DNA from: a virus | Lineage: Duplodnaviria > Caudoviricetes | Length of the DNA stretch: 64,000 bases | IMG/VR virus record: IMGVR_UViG_3300032301_001148 | Coordinates: 12,049-76,048 of that record | Reading direction: 5' to 3' (one strand) | In this document: piece by piece, positions 41,585-51,458 of the stretch | Position numbering within the stretch: the first letter of the stretch is position 1 | Layout of the letters: every line of letters begins with the position of its first letter | Position numbers and translations under genes: made by a program | Notes under the pieces: generated by a model | What the model saw: only the letters and a program-made list of their open reading frames with translations | The model's database searches: none | What the model was told of the DNA's origin: nothing

Positions 41585-42293
41585 TTATTTATTTGATATT
41601 GATGGTACATTGACCGACCCAAGACAAAAGATATCTCCAGAATTTGAGGAGTTCTTTTTTAATTGGATGCAGGAAAGGCAGGTATTTCTTGTAACTGGTA
41701 GTGATTTACCAAAAGTAAAAGAGCAATTAAGCGAAAGAATTATTAAATCATGCGCTGGTATATTTTGTTCTATGGCTAATGAGCTTTATATGGAAGGAGT
41801 AGAGATTTATAAAAATCAATTACGTATGCCAGACGAATTAATTATGTGGTTAAAAAATCAATTAGAAAAATCTTCATATCCAATAAAGCGTGATAACAAT
41901 CTAGAGTTTCGTTCTGGAATGTTAAACTTTTCTATTGCTGGCCGTAGTTCTTCAGTTGAAGAACGTAACACATATTACGAATGGGATAAAATAAATGGAG
42001 AGCGTCAAAGAATAACTGTCTATATTAATAAGACATATCCAGAAATGGAAGCTTGCGTAGGAGGCCAAATTAGTATTGATATTCAGAATAAGGGTAATAA
42101 TAAAAGCCTAGCTAGTAAGTGGATACGTAACTGGATAAAAAATCCTGATATCATTTTCTTTGGTGACAAAACAATGCCGGGAGGAAATGATAGAGCAATT
42201 GTAGAAGACATAATTAAGAATATGGATGGCTTTAGCGGTTTCTATCAAATAGAAGGACCACAAGATTTAAAAAGTATATTAGAGGTAATTTAA
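41577..42293 (+). CDS. HAD-IIB phosphomannomutase-like enzyme
   Basis: FDIDGTLT, RSGMLNFS, GGQISIDI and FFGDKT.PGGND match the PMM pattern. Confidence 0.85.
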   Translation: MISYLFDIDGTLTDPRQKISPEFEEFFFNWMQERQVFLVTGSDLPKVKEQLSERIIKSCAGIFCSMANELYMEGVEIYKNQLRMPDELIMWLKNQLEKSSYPIKRDNNLEFRSGMLNFSIAGRSSSVEERNTYYEWDKINGERQRITVYINKTYPEMEACVGGQISIDIQNKGNNKSLASKWIRNWIKNPDIIFFGDKTMPGGNDRAIVEDIIKNMDGFSGFYQIEGPQDLKSILEVI

Positions 42294-42827
42294 ATGCACA
42301 CTTCGTTACCATATCATTTCTACGTATACGTAGACAATAGCTATCTTGGTCCCGAAATGCCATCTGGCTTCACAGAAGGTATTTTACATGGTATATTTTG
42401 TAAATCTGGACAATTAATGCTTACACACGTACAACTCCAAACCGGCGCTCATTGGAGTGGCCTACCTTTATCGGCTTTGTATCATAAAAAAATAAATGAC
42501 AAACTAAATTATATACAACCATGGGGATGCATGGGAACTGAAATTACAACTAACTATTTTCCGTACCTAGATGGTCTGTCGGGTAAAGTTATTAAAGAAA
42601 ATTGCCTCTTTAGACACACTGGTATAATTATAGACTGGAATGACGGTTTTTCTAGATATCCACAAGAACATAAACCTTTATCTCTATTGGCTTTAGAACA
42701 AGGAAATTTTGCTTTATTACCAAATAATTATTTTAAAATTTATGATAAACATTTTACAGAACAGTTAGACGAAGCAAATGTAAATTTAAAAAAATATAAA
42801 CGTGGTGAAATAATTTATTGGGAATAA
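42294..42827 (+). CDS. Hypothetical protein
   Basis: 177-aa ORF in operon. Confidence 0.65.
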   Translation: MHTSLPYHFYVYVDNSYLGPEMPSGFTEGILHGIFCKSGQLMLTHVQLQTGAHWSGLPLSALYHKKINDKLNYIQPWGCMGTEITTNYFPYLDGLSGKVIKENCLFRHTGIIIDWNDGFSRYPQEHKPLSLLALEQGNFALLPNNYFKIYDKHFTEQLDEANVNLKKYKRGEIIYWE

Positions 42828-42828
42828 T

Positions 42829-43659
42829 ATGTTTCAGCGCACTCTTGATTTAGAATACGATAAATTAGTTATCGGCTCTGACTTGAGTGCGCTTTCTTAT
42901 TGTTACGTTAATAAATGTCCAGCTATTTTTTTACGTAATTGTAGACCTTATCAATACAATGAAAAAGAAAACTGGACAGAAGAAATGTCTTTATGGGATG
43001 ATTTAGCGTTTTCTTTATCAATCACAAAATACCTTCCATTTAGTGATATGATAGTATCGTTGCGTTTAGAAAACGATAATTTGCTAAAAGCTATAACTAA
43101 AAACGGTTTAGTTACTTCTATTAGATTTAATAATTTGATTATAAGTGACGATTATGGATTAGAAGGTTTACCTCCTAGTATTGGAAAAACGAATACAGAT
43201 AATTGGGTAATTGATTGGTTTGATGTAAACATTGGTAGCATTCATCCGCATGATTTTATAAATGATGATAATGAACAATTTGTAAAAAAGATATATTTTT
43301 ATATTTCCAAAAGAACATTTAAAAATAATACTAAAAAAGATTTAGTTTCTGTTTCCAAAATTAAAGAAGAAAATATCAATATATTTGACTATTCAGAAAC
43401 GATGGCAAGATTTAAAATCCTAAAAATGATGGATAATGTAGGAATTAAAGGTAATTGGGATAAAACAAATCAACGGTATGTTAAGCCAAGAATTTATTCT
43501 ACTAGACGTGATGTGTATACATTAGGTAAAAACGTTTATAATAATTTACCTAATAATATATCTGTTCTCCATGATGAATACCAAAAAATATTAGCGGAAA
43601 AACATATAAGCGATGAATATTTTGAATTTATAAAAAAACAATATGCAATCTATAGATAA
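42829..43659 (+). CDS. Hypothetical protein with degenerate dinucleotide-binding start
   Basis: LVIGSDLSAL resembles a decayed GxGxxG. Confidence 0.5.
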   Translation: MFQRTLDLEYDKLVIGSDLSALSYCYVNKCPAIFLRNCRPYQYNEKENWTEEMSLWDDLAFSLSITKYLPFSDMIVSLRLENDNLLKAITKNGLVTSIRFNNLIISDDYGLEGLPPSIGKTNTDNWVIDWFDVNIGSIHPHDFINDDNEQFVKKIYFYISKRTFKNNTKKDLVSVSKIKEENINIFDYSETMARFKILKMMDNVGIKGNWDKTNQRYVKPRIYSTRRDVYTLGKNVYNNLPNNISVLHDEYQKILAEKHISDEYFEFIKKQYAIYR

Positions 43660-44506
43660 AATTTCTTCAATACAACATTTAGCTGGTATCGTTCCAATCG
43701 GTGGACAAAAATTAGATTTTAATATGCCTTGGGAAGATAGCCTAATGCCGATAGCGCAAAACTATCTTGCAGTTGAAAGAGCAGTATTTCAATGTGCTTT
43801 AGCAGGTTGTGAGACTATTTGGATAGTTGGTCATTTAGGAACACAACCATTAATAAGAAAAAGAATTGGAGATATATTAATTGACCCAATATCTTTAAAT
43901 GCTAGATTCCAAGAGCAGCAATATAAGGAAATTAGTATATATTATGTTCCAATTCATCCAAGAGATAGAACAAGAAGAGATTGTTTGGGATGGAGTGTAT
44001 TACACGGAGCCGATAATGCTTTTAGAGTGTCTAGATTTATTTCTAAATGGATAGCGCCAGAAAGGTTTTTCTGTTCATTCCCATATGGTATAGTATCTGA
44101 CGAGAGCTTAAGAGAAAATAGACTATTACTTTCCAGCAAGCAAAAAGTCTTATATTCTTATGACAACAAAACTGTAAAAGATAATTTACATTTGCCGTTT
44201 ACATTTGATGCTGAAGATTATTTCTGCTGTAGGGATATAGTTAAACATAAACAAGCAGAAGAATGGGGAGAAACTTCAGCTAGATTTTATGACTTAAAAA
44301 CAGTATTTAAAGGAGTTGATTCCCAAAATGCTTCCATGATAGAGTTACCGTGGTTTCACGATATAAGCACTTGGAATGGCTATACAAATTATATATCTTC
44401 CCAAGAAAGTAAATTATATAGCAAGCCAACCAGCTTATTTAAAGGCAATAAAAGAAAACCTTTTGAAAGGAAAAAACATGAGCAAGACAACAGAGAAGAT
44501 TTATAA
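43643..44506 (+). CDS. Sugar-nucleotidyltransferase-like (GT-A fold) protein, divergent
   Basis: AGIVPIGG...LMPI...AVERAV..CALAGCETIWIV resembles an NTP-transferase N-terminus. Confidence 0.55.
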   Translation: MQSIDKISSIQHLAGIVPIGGQKLDFNMPWEDSLMPIAQNYLAVERAVFQCALAGCETIWIVGHLGTQPLIRKRIGDILIDPISLNARFQEQQYKEISIYYVPIHPRDRTRRDCLGWSVLHGADNAFRVSRFISKWIAPERFFCSFPYGIVSDESLRENRLLLSSKQKVLYSYDNKTVKDNLHLPFTFDAEDYFCCRDIVKHKQAEEWGETSARFYDLKTVFKGVDSQNASMIELPWFHDISTWNGYTNYISSQESKLYSKPTSLFKGNKRKPFERKKHEQDNREDL

Positions 44507-44723
44507 CGAAATGAGTAGGCAATACAAGAGTAAAATTGATTTTCCTGCATATTATTCTGAATTATCAGTAGACCAGCAATTATTCATTGATAATTTATTT
44601 GACGACACTGCTGATGAAAAGTTAGAAAAATTAAGAACTGCTTATAGAGGCGTAATGGAACATATTAATGGCTTTGTAGACAATCTAGAAAAGACAGAAT
44701 CTATACTTTTTCCTATGGAATAG
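44478..44723 (+). CDS. Hypothetical protein
   Basis: AAGGA RBS; start refined from 44376. Confidence 0.55.
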   Translation: MSKTTEKIYNEMSRQYKSKIDFPAYYSELSVDQQLFIDNLFDDTADEKLEKLRTAYRGVMEHINGFVDNLEKTESILFPME

Positions 44724-44758
44724 AATATTTGATGCCTAGTTATTATGAGGGCATCTAT

Positions 44759-45913
44759 ATGAAAAAAATATTATTATTACTTTTATTAGTTTCTTGCGAC
44801 AATTCTAAAATTCAAAAGTATAATCTATGTGGACAAGTATGCCACCCAGACTCTAAAAAGGCTGGTGTTGGCATTTGTCATTTAGGATATTGGGAATGTA
44901 ATGAAAATCAGGAACCAGAATGTGTTGGCTATGGCGCAGCAGGCAAAGAAATATGCGATGGTTTAGATAACGATTGTGATGGTGCTATAGATGATTCACT
45001 AATTCAAATTTGCCAATCAACTTGCGGAGTTGGATTTGAGATATGTGTTAATGGAAAATACATTAATTGTGATGCCCCTAATCCGCAAACTGAAATATGT
45101 GATGGTTTAGACAATGATTGTAATGGCAAAGTTGACGATTTTCAATTTCAATCACAACCATGCTATACAGGAGATGCAGGAGATTTAATGTATGGCGAAT
45201 GTCATCCCGGCTCTAGCAGATGTATAGCAGGAAAAGTACAGTGTGTAAATCAACAATTACCGCATTACGAAATGTGTGACGGCAAGGATAATGATTGTGA
45301 TGGCGAAATAGACGAAAATGTAACAAAACCAAACCGTTTAATAGATGTTGTATTTGTTATTGACGAAAGTGGGTCAATGGAAAGTGTTATTAGAAATATA
45401 GCTAATGTTTCTAAAACTTGGGTAACAAAATATAATAACAGAGCAGATTTAAAATTTGCAGTTGTTGCCGCACCTTGGTCTAATTCGGCATATGACTCGC
45501 AAACGTTGTTGATTCAAGATTTAGCTAATGCTAGTATTGCATCTATCGCCTTGTCTAACCAATATGCAGGTAACTGTACTTATGAACCAACATGGGATGC
45601 AATATATTTATTAAGTAATTCTCTTAATGAATTAGGCTTGACATGGAGAACAAACTCAGTTAAAGTGATTATTATGTTTACAGATGAAACAGGGCAATCT
45701 TACGAATATAACCCCCCACTTGTTTTGCAAGAAGTAGTAGATATGGCAGTCCAAGAAAATAGACATGTTTATGTTTTTACTGTTGCAAATGTTTATACGT
45801 CATACCAACCAATAGCTGATGCAACAGACGGTGGAATATATAATTTATATCTGTCTCAACCAGAAATGGAATCAGTATTAGACTCTATCGTAGCGGAGGA
45901 AACGTGCAAATAA
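44759..45913 (+). CDS. Lipoprotein with Cys-rich CDGxDNDCDG repeats and a C-terminal vWA domain
   Basis: Lipobox LLVSC; three E.CDG.DNDC.G repeats; MIDAS-like DESGS. Confidence 0.85.
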   Translation: MKKILLLLLLVSCDNSKIQKYNLCGQVCHPDSKKAGVGICHLGYWECNENQEPECVGYGAAGKEICDGLDNDCDGAIDDSLIQICQSTCGVGFEICVNGKYINCDAPNPQTEICDGLDNDCNGKVDDFQFQSQPCYTGDAGDLMYGECHPGSSRCIAGKVQCVNQQLPHYEMCDGKDNDCDGEIDENVTKPNRLIDVVFVIDESGSMESVIRNIANVSKTWVTKYNNRADLKFAVVAAPWSNSAYDSQTLLIQDLANASIASIALSNQYAGNCTYEPTWDAIYLLSNSLNELGLTWRTNSVKVIIMFTDETGQSYEYNPPLVLQEVVDMAVQENRHVYVFTVANVYTSYQPIADATDGGIYNLYLSQPEMESVLDSIVAEETCK

Positions 45914-46137
45914 TCAAGAACGCAGCACAGTGTTTAAGTTGTAATGAAGTGGTTGAAAGCAAGCATCGCCATGATTTTGTTCGTTGTAGCTGTGGAAACT
46001 TAGCCGTAGATGGTGGGAAAGATTATCTAAAACGTTCTGTAGGTAAGCATGGTATAAAAAATATGTCCCAGACAGAACACGATAAAGATTGCTATTGGCA
46101 TAAAGATTGGCATCAGTGTAGCTGCGGTGCTTTCTAA
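45904..46137 (+). CDS. Small Cys/His-rich phage protein
   Basis: CLSC...HRHDF..CSCG..AVDGG. Confidence 0.7.
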   Translation: MQIIKNAAQCLSCNEVVESKHRHDFVRCSCGNLAVDGGKDYLKRSVGKHGIKNMSQTEHDKDCYWHKDWHQCSCGAF

Positions 46138-46544
46138 TGCCAATTAAAAAAGATGAAACGTATTTTCGTCAATACGTAAACAAATTATTTTCACTTCCAA
46201 GCCGTACCGACAAATACGCAATCGTAGATGTAAAAAAGATTGGCAAGATATATTATTTTGTTTATATTGGTTTTGAAAATCACAGCAGCGATGAACCAGC
46301 TATGGAAGAATGTAAAACATTATTAAAAACAGTTAATATTCTAGACCTGCCATGTGATTATAAATGTGAAAGTTGTCAAGAAGCATGTGCAATAGTTAAG
46401 AATAGCGAACAGAATAATCTTTCTTGCCCAAAATGTTTTCATGCATCAAATTGTCAATCATGTGATGAATGTGGAGTGGATGTTTATTGGGAACACGCAA
46501 AGAAAAAAGATGATATGAGAGTTTGCGAGGATTGTTTTGAATAA
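46137..46544 (+). CDS. Hypothetical multi-CxxC protein
   Basis: Several CxxC pairs. Confidence 0.6.
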   Translation: MPIKKDETYFRQYVNKLFSLPSRTDKYAIVDVKKIGKIYYFVYIGFENHSSDEPAMEECKTLLKTVNILDLPCDYKCESCQEACAIVKNSEQNNLSCPKCFHASNCQSCDECGVDVYWEHAKKKDDMRVCEDCFE

Positions 46545-46746
46545 TCTTACTATCAATAAAACAAACGTTAAATGTTGTGAAAAGGGTAACCAAGCTCTTC
46601 ATTTCCTCCATAAACGCAAAGAGTTCATGATAATGTATGAAGGTGAAGAATGGTGGATTATAGTTGACTTCTGCCCGTGGTGTGGTGTAAAGTTAGATAC
46701 ATGGCACGTTGATTACGATAAAACTGAAAGGTTTGAAAAGGTATGA
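46537..46746 (+). CDS. Small hypothetical protein (FCPWCG Zn motif)
   Basis: Overlapping gene chain. Confidence 0.55.
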   Translation: MNNLTINKTNVKCCEKGNQALHFLHKRKEFMIMYEGEEWWIIVDFCPWCGVKLDTWHVDYDKTERFEKV

Positions 46747-46943
46747 GCGGTAATCATAAATCAAAATCTTTAAATAATTTATTAGAATCATTAGAAAAAG
46801 CTGGTTGTATTTTAAATGAAACTAAAAACGGGATTAAGATATATGCACCAGATGGTATAAATACATATATTTGTCATAGAACCGAAAAGGCTTTTCACCC
46901 TGTTCGTAGGTGGGCTAACCGATTTGTGTTTAAGAATCTGTAA
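46743..46943 (+). CDS. Small hypothetical protein
   Basis: ATGA overlap. Confidence 0.55.
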   Translation: MSGNHKSKSLNNLLESLEKAGCILNETKNGIKIYAPDGINTYICHRTEKAFHPVRRWANRFVFKNL

Positions 46944-46958
46944 AGAAAGAAACTTAAT

Positions 46959-47213
46959 ATGCCTAAGAAATCTAAACTGCAAAAGGTAATTGAAGCAGCG
47001 GCAGAAACTCCAGAAGTTCGTACTTTTAAACCTTATACTTGGATTAAGTGCAATCGTCCTAGTATGTGGAGTGATAAATTAAAGAAAAACGCTCGTTATC
47101 TTTTCATGGGTTGGATTACAAACAATCCTGAATTTGGTGATAACGCTGTTTTAATGGATGACCGTGGAGTATTTACTTGCTCCATAAAAGAAGAAGATTT
47201 TGAGGTTTATTAA
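46959..47213 (+). CDS. Small hypothetical protein
   Basis: 84-aa ORF in chain. Confidence 0.55.
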   Translation: MPKKSKLQKVIEAAAETPEVRTFKPYTWIKCNRPSMWSDKLKKNARYLFMGWITNNPEFGDNAVLMDDRGVFTCSIKEEDFEVY

Positions 47214-47217
47214 TAAA

Positions 47218-47613
47218 ATGACTGAACATGAAATGCGATTAAAGATTCAGCAATATGATTGTACTTATGGTGATAATCCATTTTTAATTCATTGTCCTCT
47301 TAATAAGCCGTGCATGAAGCATAAGTATGAAAATCTTCACCAGAAACTATTTGAAGAAACCCAGACAAAGGGTGTAGAATGTGATAAGTGTGGTTGGGCA
47401 ATGAAGTTTCCCGACGAACCTTGTCGTTGTGAATTGGAAGAAAAAGTAAAGTTATTGAGAAGTGCTTTGGATATCTTATTTGACGAAGCTACCAATAGCA
47501 GCAATATATATACACACGATGGTTGGAATGTACGTAATCCTTATCTTGAATTACCGAAAAAGGTAGAAGAACAGGTACGTGAAGCTTTAAGAGTAACAGA
47601 GGATATTAAATGA
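47218..47613 (+). CDS. Hypothetical protein
   Basis: CDKC...C.C motif; start refined from 47200. Confidence 0.55.
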   Translation: MTEHEMRLKIQQYDCTYGDNPFLIHCPLNKPCMKHKYENLHQKLFEETQTKGVECDKCGWAMKFPDEPCRCELEEKVKLLRSALDILFDEATNSSNIYTHDGWNVRNPYLELPKKVEEQVREALRVTEDIK

Positions 47614-47846
47614 AAATCAGATTAAATAGAGTGCCTTATATTTGTCCTGTAATAAATGACCATTTAGGCGGTGGTGCAGGACATTACCAGTTTGGTACTT
47701 CATGGTTAAATGTTCCTGTTGACTTCCAAAAAGAAAAGGAAGATGATATGTTTTGGACAGGTAAAATCATCACACGTTATGAAAATACGGATGGTTGGTT
47801 ACAAGTAGAATTGTATAAAGAGTGCTTTGATGTTGTGGAGGAATAA
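47610..47846 (+). CDS. Small hypothetical protein
   Basis: ATGA overlap. Confidence 0.55.
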   Translation: MKIRLNRVPYICPVINDHLGGGAGHYQFGTSWLNVPVDFQKEKEDDMFWTGKIITRYENTDGWLQVELYKECFDVVEE

Positions 47847-48043
47847 TGAATGATAATCCGCTAGCTGGAGAATTATGGTTAGATAAACATAATGATAATT
47901 ATTTATTTATCACCACTCAAAAAATGATGATTTCTTCTTCTCTTGACCAAGAATGGATTTGGTGGCATAATATAAGCTGTAACACAGTCGGTAATTCATC
48001 GTTAGAATATTTCTTAAACCGTTGCATAAAGGTAAACAAATAA
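47846..48043 (+). CDS. Small hypothetical protein
   Basis: TAATG overlaps on both sides. Confidence 0.55.
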   Translation: MNDNPLAGELWLDKHNDNYLFITTQKMMISSSLDQEWIWWHNISCNTVGNSSLEYFLNRCIKVNK

Positions 48044-50700
48044 TGAGCGAAAGAAAAAAGCCTAGCATTCCGTTTGCCAATTTGCATGGACACACCACGT
48101 ATTCGGTAAGTGATGGATTGGGCTATCCAGAAGAGCACGCCAACTTTGCAATTAGCAATGGTCTTGAAGGAATGGCTTTTACCGAACACGGTAATTGTAA
48201 TTCTTTCTCATATGCTTTTATGAAGGCAAAGAAGCTAAAGGAAGAAGGCAATAAATTTAAGATTTGCTACGGCATTGAAGCCTATATCCATCCGTCTATT
48301 CAGGATTGGAAACTGGAAAAGCAAAAGCACAAGGAAGATGCAAAGCTTTCCAAGCAAATTGATGAAGATGTTGGACTTGTTGTTGAAGACGAAAGCGAAA
48401 CCAAGAAGGGTATTCGCTCAACACTTAATCGTCGTTCTCATTTAGTTTTGCTTGCCCAGAATCAAAAGGGTCTAAACAACATTTTTAAGCTTGTTTCAGA
48501 TTCATATCGTGGGGATAACTTTTATCGTTTCCCACGTATGGATTATGAAATGCTCAAGAAGTATAATGAGGGAGTTATTGCAAGCTCTGCCTGCCTTGGT
48601 GGAGTGTTGAGCAATGATTATTGGGCAAACATAGATAAGGGAGAGAAGGCCGTTTATACAGCAATGGAAAAGACTGTCGGGAATATGATGGATATCTTTG
48701 GCGACCGCTTTTATGGTGAGTTGCAATGGGCAAACTATAAAGAGCAGCATATTGTAAATCAGTTTATCATTAATCTTTCCAAACAATTTGGTTTCAAGCT
48801 TATCAGCACTTGTGATGCACATTTTCCTTCACCAGATATGTGGAAGGACCGTGAGATTTATAAGATGCTTGGTTGGCTTGGAAAAGGTAAGAATGAACTT
48901 AAGATTGATGCACTTCCACACACATTGGAAGAAATGGAATACCAACTTTATCCCAAAAATGGTGACGAACTATTCGCAACGTATAAGCGTTTTTCAGGCG
49001 CTCTTGGATTTAGCTACGATGATAAATTGGTAGAGGAGAGTATCGCTCGTACTGCGGATATTCTCAAGAATCGTATTGAAGATTATATGCCTGATACAAG
49101 TGTTAAGCTTCCGTCCTTCGTTGTTCCAGAAGGTGAAACGGCTGATAGTGCATTGGCAAAGATTGCCGTTGATGCACTAAAGAATACTGGTCTATACAAA
49201 GATAATGATTATGTTTCCAGACTTAAGGAAGAACTCCACACCATTAAGGACCGTGGATTCTCTAAGTATTTCCTTACAATGAAAAAGATTTCCGATAAGT
49301 CTAAGGAAGTCCAGCTTTGCGGTGGAGGTCGTGGTTCAGGAGCAGGTTCGCTTGTATCTTATTTATTGAATATTACCGAAGTAGACCCAATCAAATATAA
49401 GCTTCAGTTCAGCAGATTTATCCGCAAGACGGATACGAATCTTCCTGATATTGACTTTGACGTTTCCGACCCGATGGAAATCAAGGAAATGTTTATCAAG
49501 GAATTCGGTGAGAACACTGTTGTTCCTATCTCAAATTATAACACTCTAAAGGCTCGCTCTCTTGTTAAGGATATCAGCAAGCTATATGGTATTCCTTTTA
49601 CAGAGGTAAATGAAGTTACGTCCAAAATGATTCATGAGGCAACTCCTGTCTGTAAGAAGATTCATGGAATTATTGCGGGTGTGTATGAGCCTACTTGGGA
49701 AGAGTTAAAGGAGCATTCTCCTTCTCTTGTGTTATATCTAAAGAAGTATCCGCACGTTGCGACACACGTTGATAACTTGCAGAAGCAAGTTCGTTCAATC
49801 TCTCGCCATGCTGGTGGTGTATTGTTTGCAGATAATATAGATGAGAAAATGCCGCTAATTAATAGCGGTGGCATTATTCAAACTCCTTGGACCGAAGGGC
49901 AAACAGTTCGTCACTTGGAACCCCTTGGTTGGGTTAAGTTTGACGTGTTAGGTTTAGCTTCTCTCCGCATGATTGAAGGTGCGATTGAGCATATCTTGAA
50001 GCGGCACCACAATATGCCAAATCCAAGCTTTGCGGATATCAAAAAGTATTACAACGAAAAGCTACATCCAGAAAAGATTGACCTAAATGACGAAGGTGTA
50101 TATAAGCATATCTTTAATGAAGGCAACTTCTGTGGAACGTTCCAGTTCACCAGTAAGAATGCACAGAAATTCTGCATGCAAGCAAAGCCAAAGAACATTG
50201 TAGATATTGCCGCTATTACGTCTATTTTCCGTCCCGGTCCATTATCAGCAAACGTACATGAAAATTATATCACTGCAAAAAATAATACTGATACGATTCG
50301 CTATGCTCACCCACTAATTAAAGAGGTAACACAAGACACATTTGGCTTCCTTGTATTCCAAGAACAATTAAGCCTACTCGCTCATAAACTAGGCAAGGAT
50401 ATCTCGCTGGATGAAGGCAACGAACTCAGAAAAGTTCTTACAAAGAAAGGCACTGGAAAAGAGGCTCAAGTTAAAGAGAAACTGTACAGCAAGTTCATTG
50501 CCGGTTGCACCGAAAAAGGTCTTTCAGAGGATGACGGAATCTCTCTTTGGAAGACTATGGAATTCTTCTCAGGATATGGCTTTAACCTTTCTCATGCTAT
50601 CTGTTATTCTATACTTTCTTATCAGTGTGCTTATCTTTTCTATCATTACCCTGCTGAATGGCTTGCTGCATTTCTTGATGCGGAATCGGGAATAATTTAA
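48043..50700 (+). CDS. dnaE: DNA polymerase III alpha, N-terminal fragment (PHP, palm, thumb, part of fingers)
   Basis: LHGHTTYS.SDG, GRGSGAGSL, PDIDFD, HAGG, KFDVLGL, RPGP, YGFNLSHA..Y; stops just after YPAEWLAAFLDAESG. Confidence 0.95.
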   Translation: MSERKKPSIPFANLHGHTTYSVSDGLGYPEEHANFAISNGLEGMAFTEHGNCNSFSYAFMKAKKLKEEGNKFKICYGIEAYIHPSIQDWKLEKQKHKEDAKLSKQIDEDVGLVVEDESETKKGIRSTLNRRSHLVLLAQNQKGLNNIFKLVSDSYRGDNFYRFPRMDYEMLKKYNEGVIASSACLGGVLSNDYWANIDKGEKAVYTAMEKTVGNMMDIFGDRFYGELQWANYKEQHIVNQFIINLSKQFGFKLISTCDAHFPSPDMWKDREIYKMLGWLGKGKNELKIDALPHTLEEMEYQLYPKNGDELFATYKRFSGALGFSYDDKLVEESIARTADILKNRIEDYMPDTSVKLPSFVVPEGETADSALAKIAVDALKNTGLYKDNDYVSRLKEELHTIKDRGFSKYFLTMKKISDKSKEVQLCGGGRGSGAGSLVSYLLNITEVDPIKYKLQFSRFIRKTDTNLPDIDFDVSDPMEIKEMFIKEFGENTVVPISNYNTLKARSLVKDISKLYGIPFTEVNEVTSKMIHEATPVCKKIHGIIAGVYEPTWEELKEHSPSLVLYLKKYPHVATHVDNLQKQVRSISRHAGGVLFADNIDEKMPLINSGGIIQTPWTEGQTVRHLEPLGWVKFDVLGLASLRMIEGAIEHILKRHHNMPNPSFADIKKYYNEKLHPEKIDLNDEGVYKHIFNEGNFCGTFQFTSKNAQKFCMQAKPKNIVDIAAITSIFRPGPLSANVHENYITAKNNTDTIRYAHPLIKEVTQDTFGFLVFQEQLSLLAHKLGKDISLDEGNELRKVLTKKGTGKEAQVKEKLYSKFIAGCTEKGLSEDDGISLWKTMEFFSGYGFNLSHAICYSILSYQCAYLFYHYPAEWLAAFLDAESGII

Positions 50701-50762
50701 AATATCATACTACTTATAGTAAGATGGTTGGCGGCATTTCTTACTATTATGGAGAAAATGAT

Positions 50763-51458
50763 ATGATGGGTATTTATAAAATAACTAATAAAATAAACGG
50801 ATTAATTTATATAGGTAGTTCTAAAAATATAGAATATCGCTGGAGAAAGCATAAGGAAATGTTGGAAAGTGATAGACATTATAACTGTCATTTACAAAGT
50901 AGTTGGAATAAATACGGCTCCGAAAACTTTATTTTTGAAGTTTTAGAAGAAACAACAAAAAATCATTTATTAATTAGAGAGCAGTATTATTTAGACACCT
51001 TGACTCCTTTTGATACTTTAGGCTATAATGCCTGTAAGATTGCTGGTTCTCCTTTGGGCTATAAACATACCGAAGAAACTATAGAGAAAAGAAGAAAAAT
51101 ACTTAAAGGTAGAACAGTGAGCGAAGAAACAAGAAAAAAAATTGGTGATAAATTAAGAGGCAAAAAACGCTCTCCAGAACAAATAAAAAAATTTTCTGAA
51201 GTACAAAAAACAAGATGGGAAAAAATGTCGGATGAAGAAAAAAGTTTAAAAAAGCAAGAAGTTAAAGAACATTTTGCCAAATATCCAAAAAAAATAAGCG
51301 AAGAAACAAAAGAAAAAATAAGGCTTTCTCTCCTTGGAAGAAAAAGACCAAAAGAATTTTGTGAAAAAATGTCAAAGATTAGAAAAGGTAAAAAACTTTC
51401 CGAAGAAACAAAACAGAAATTAAGGGAAATAGCAAAAGAAAGAAAAAATAATGAGTGA
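50763..51458 (+). CDS. GIY-YIG homing endonuclease with NUMOD3-like repeats, inserted in dnaE
   Basis: GIYKITN...YIGSS, R...H, E..Y, YN motifs, HTEET/SEETK repeats; GGAG RBS 8 nt before the ATG at 50763. Confidence 0.93.
   Translation: MMGIYKITNKINGLIYIGSSKNIEYRWRKHKEMLESDRHYNCHLQSSWNKYGSENFIFEVLEETTKNHLLIREQYYLDTLTPFDTLGYNACKIAGSPLGYKHTEETIEKRRKILKGRTVSEETRKKIGDKLRGKKRSPEQIKKFSEVQKTRWEKMSDEEKSLKKQEVKEHFAKYPKKISEETKEKIRLSLLGRKRPKEFCEKMSKIRKGKKLSEETKQKLREIAKERKNNE

Noticed and set aside
46743-46943. HicA-like toxin
   Set aside because: Only size and a loose helix-strand-His pattern agree; no GSH motif or HicB partner
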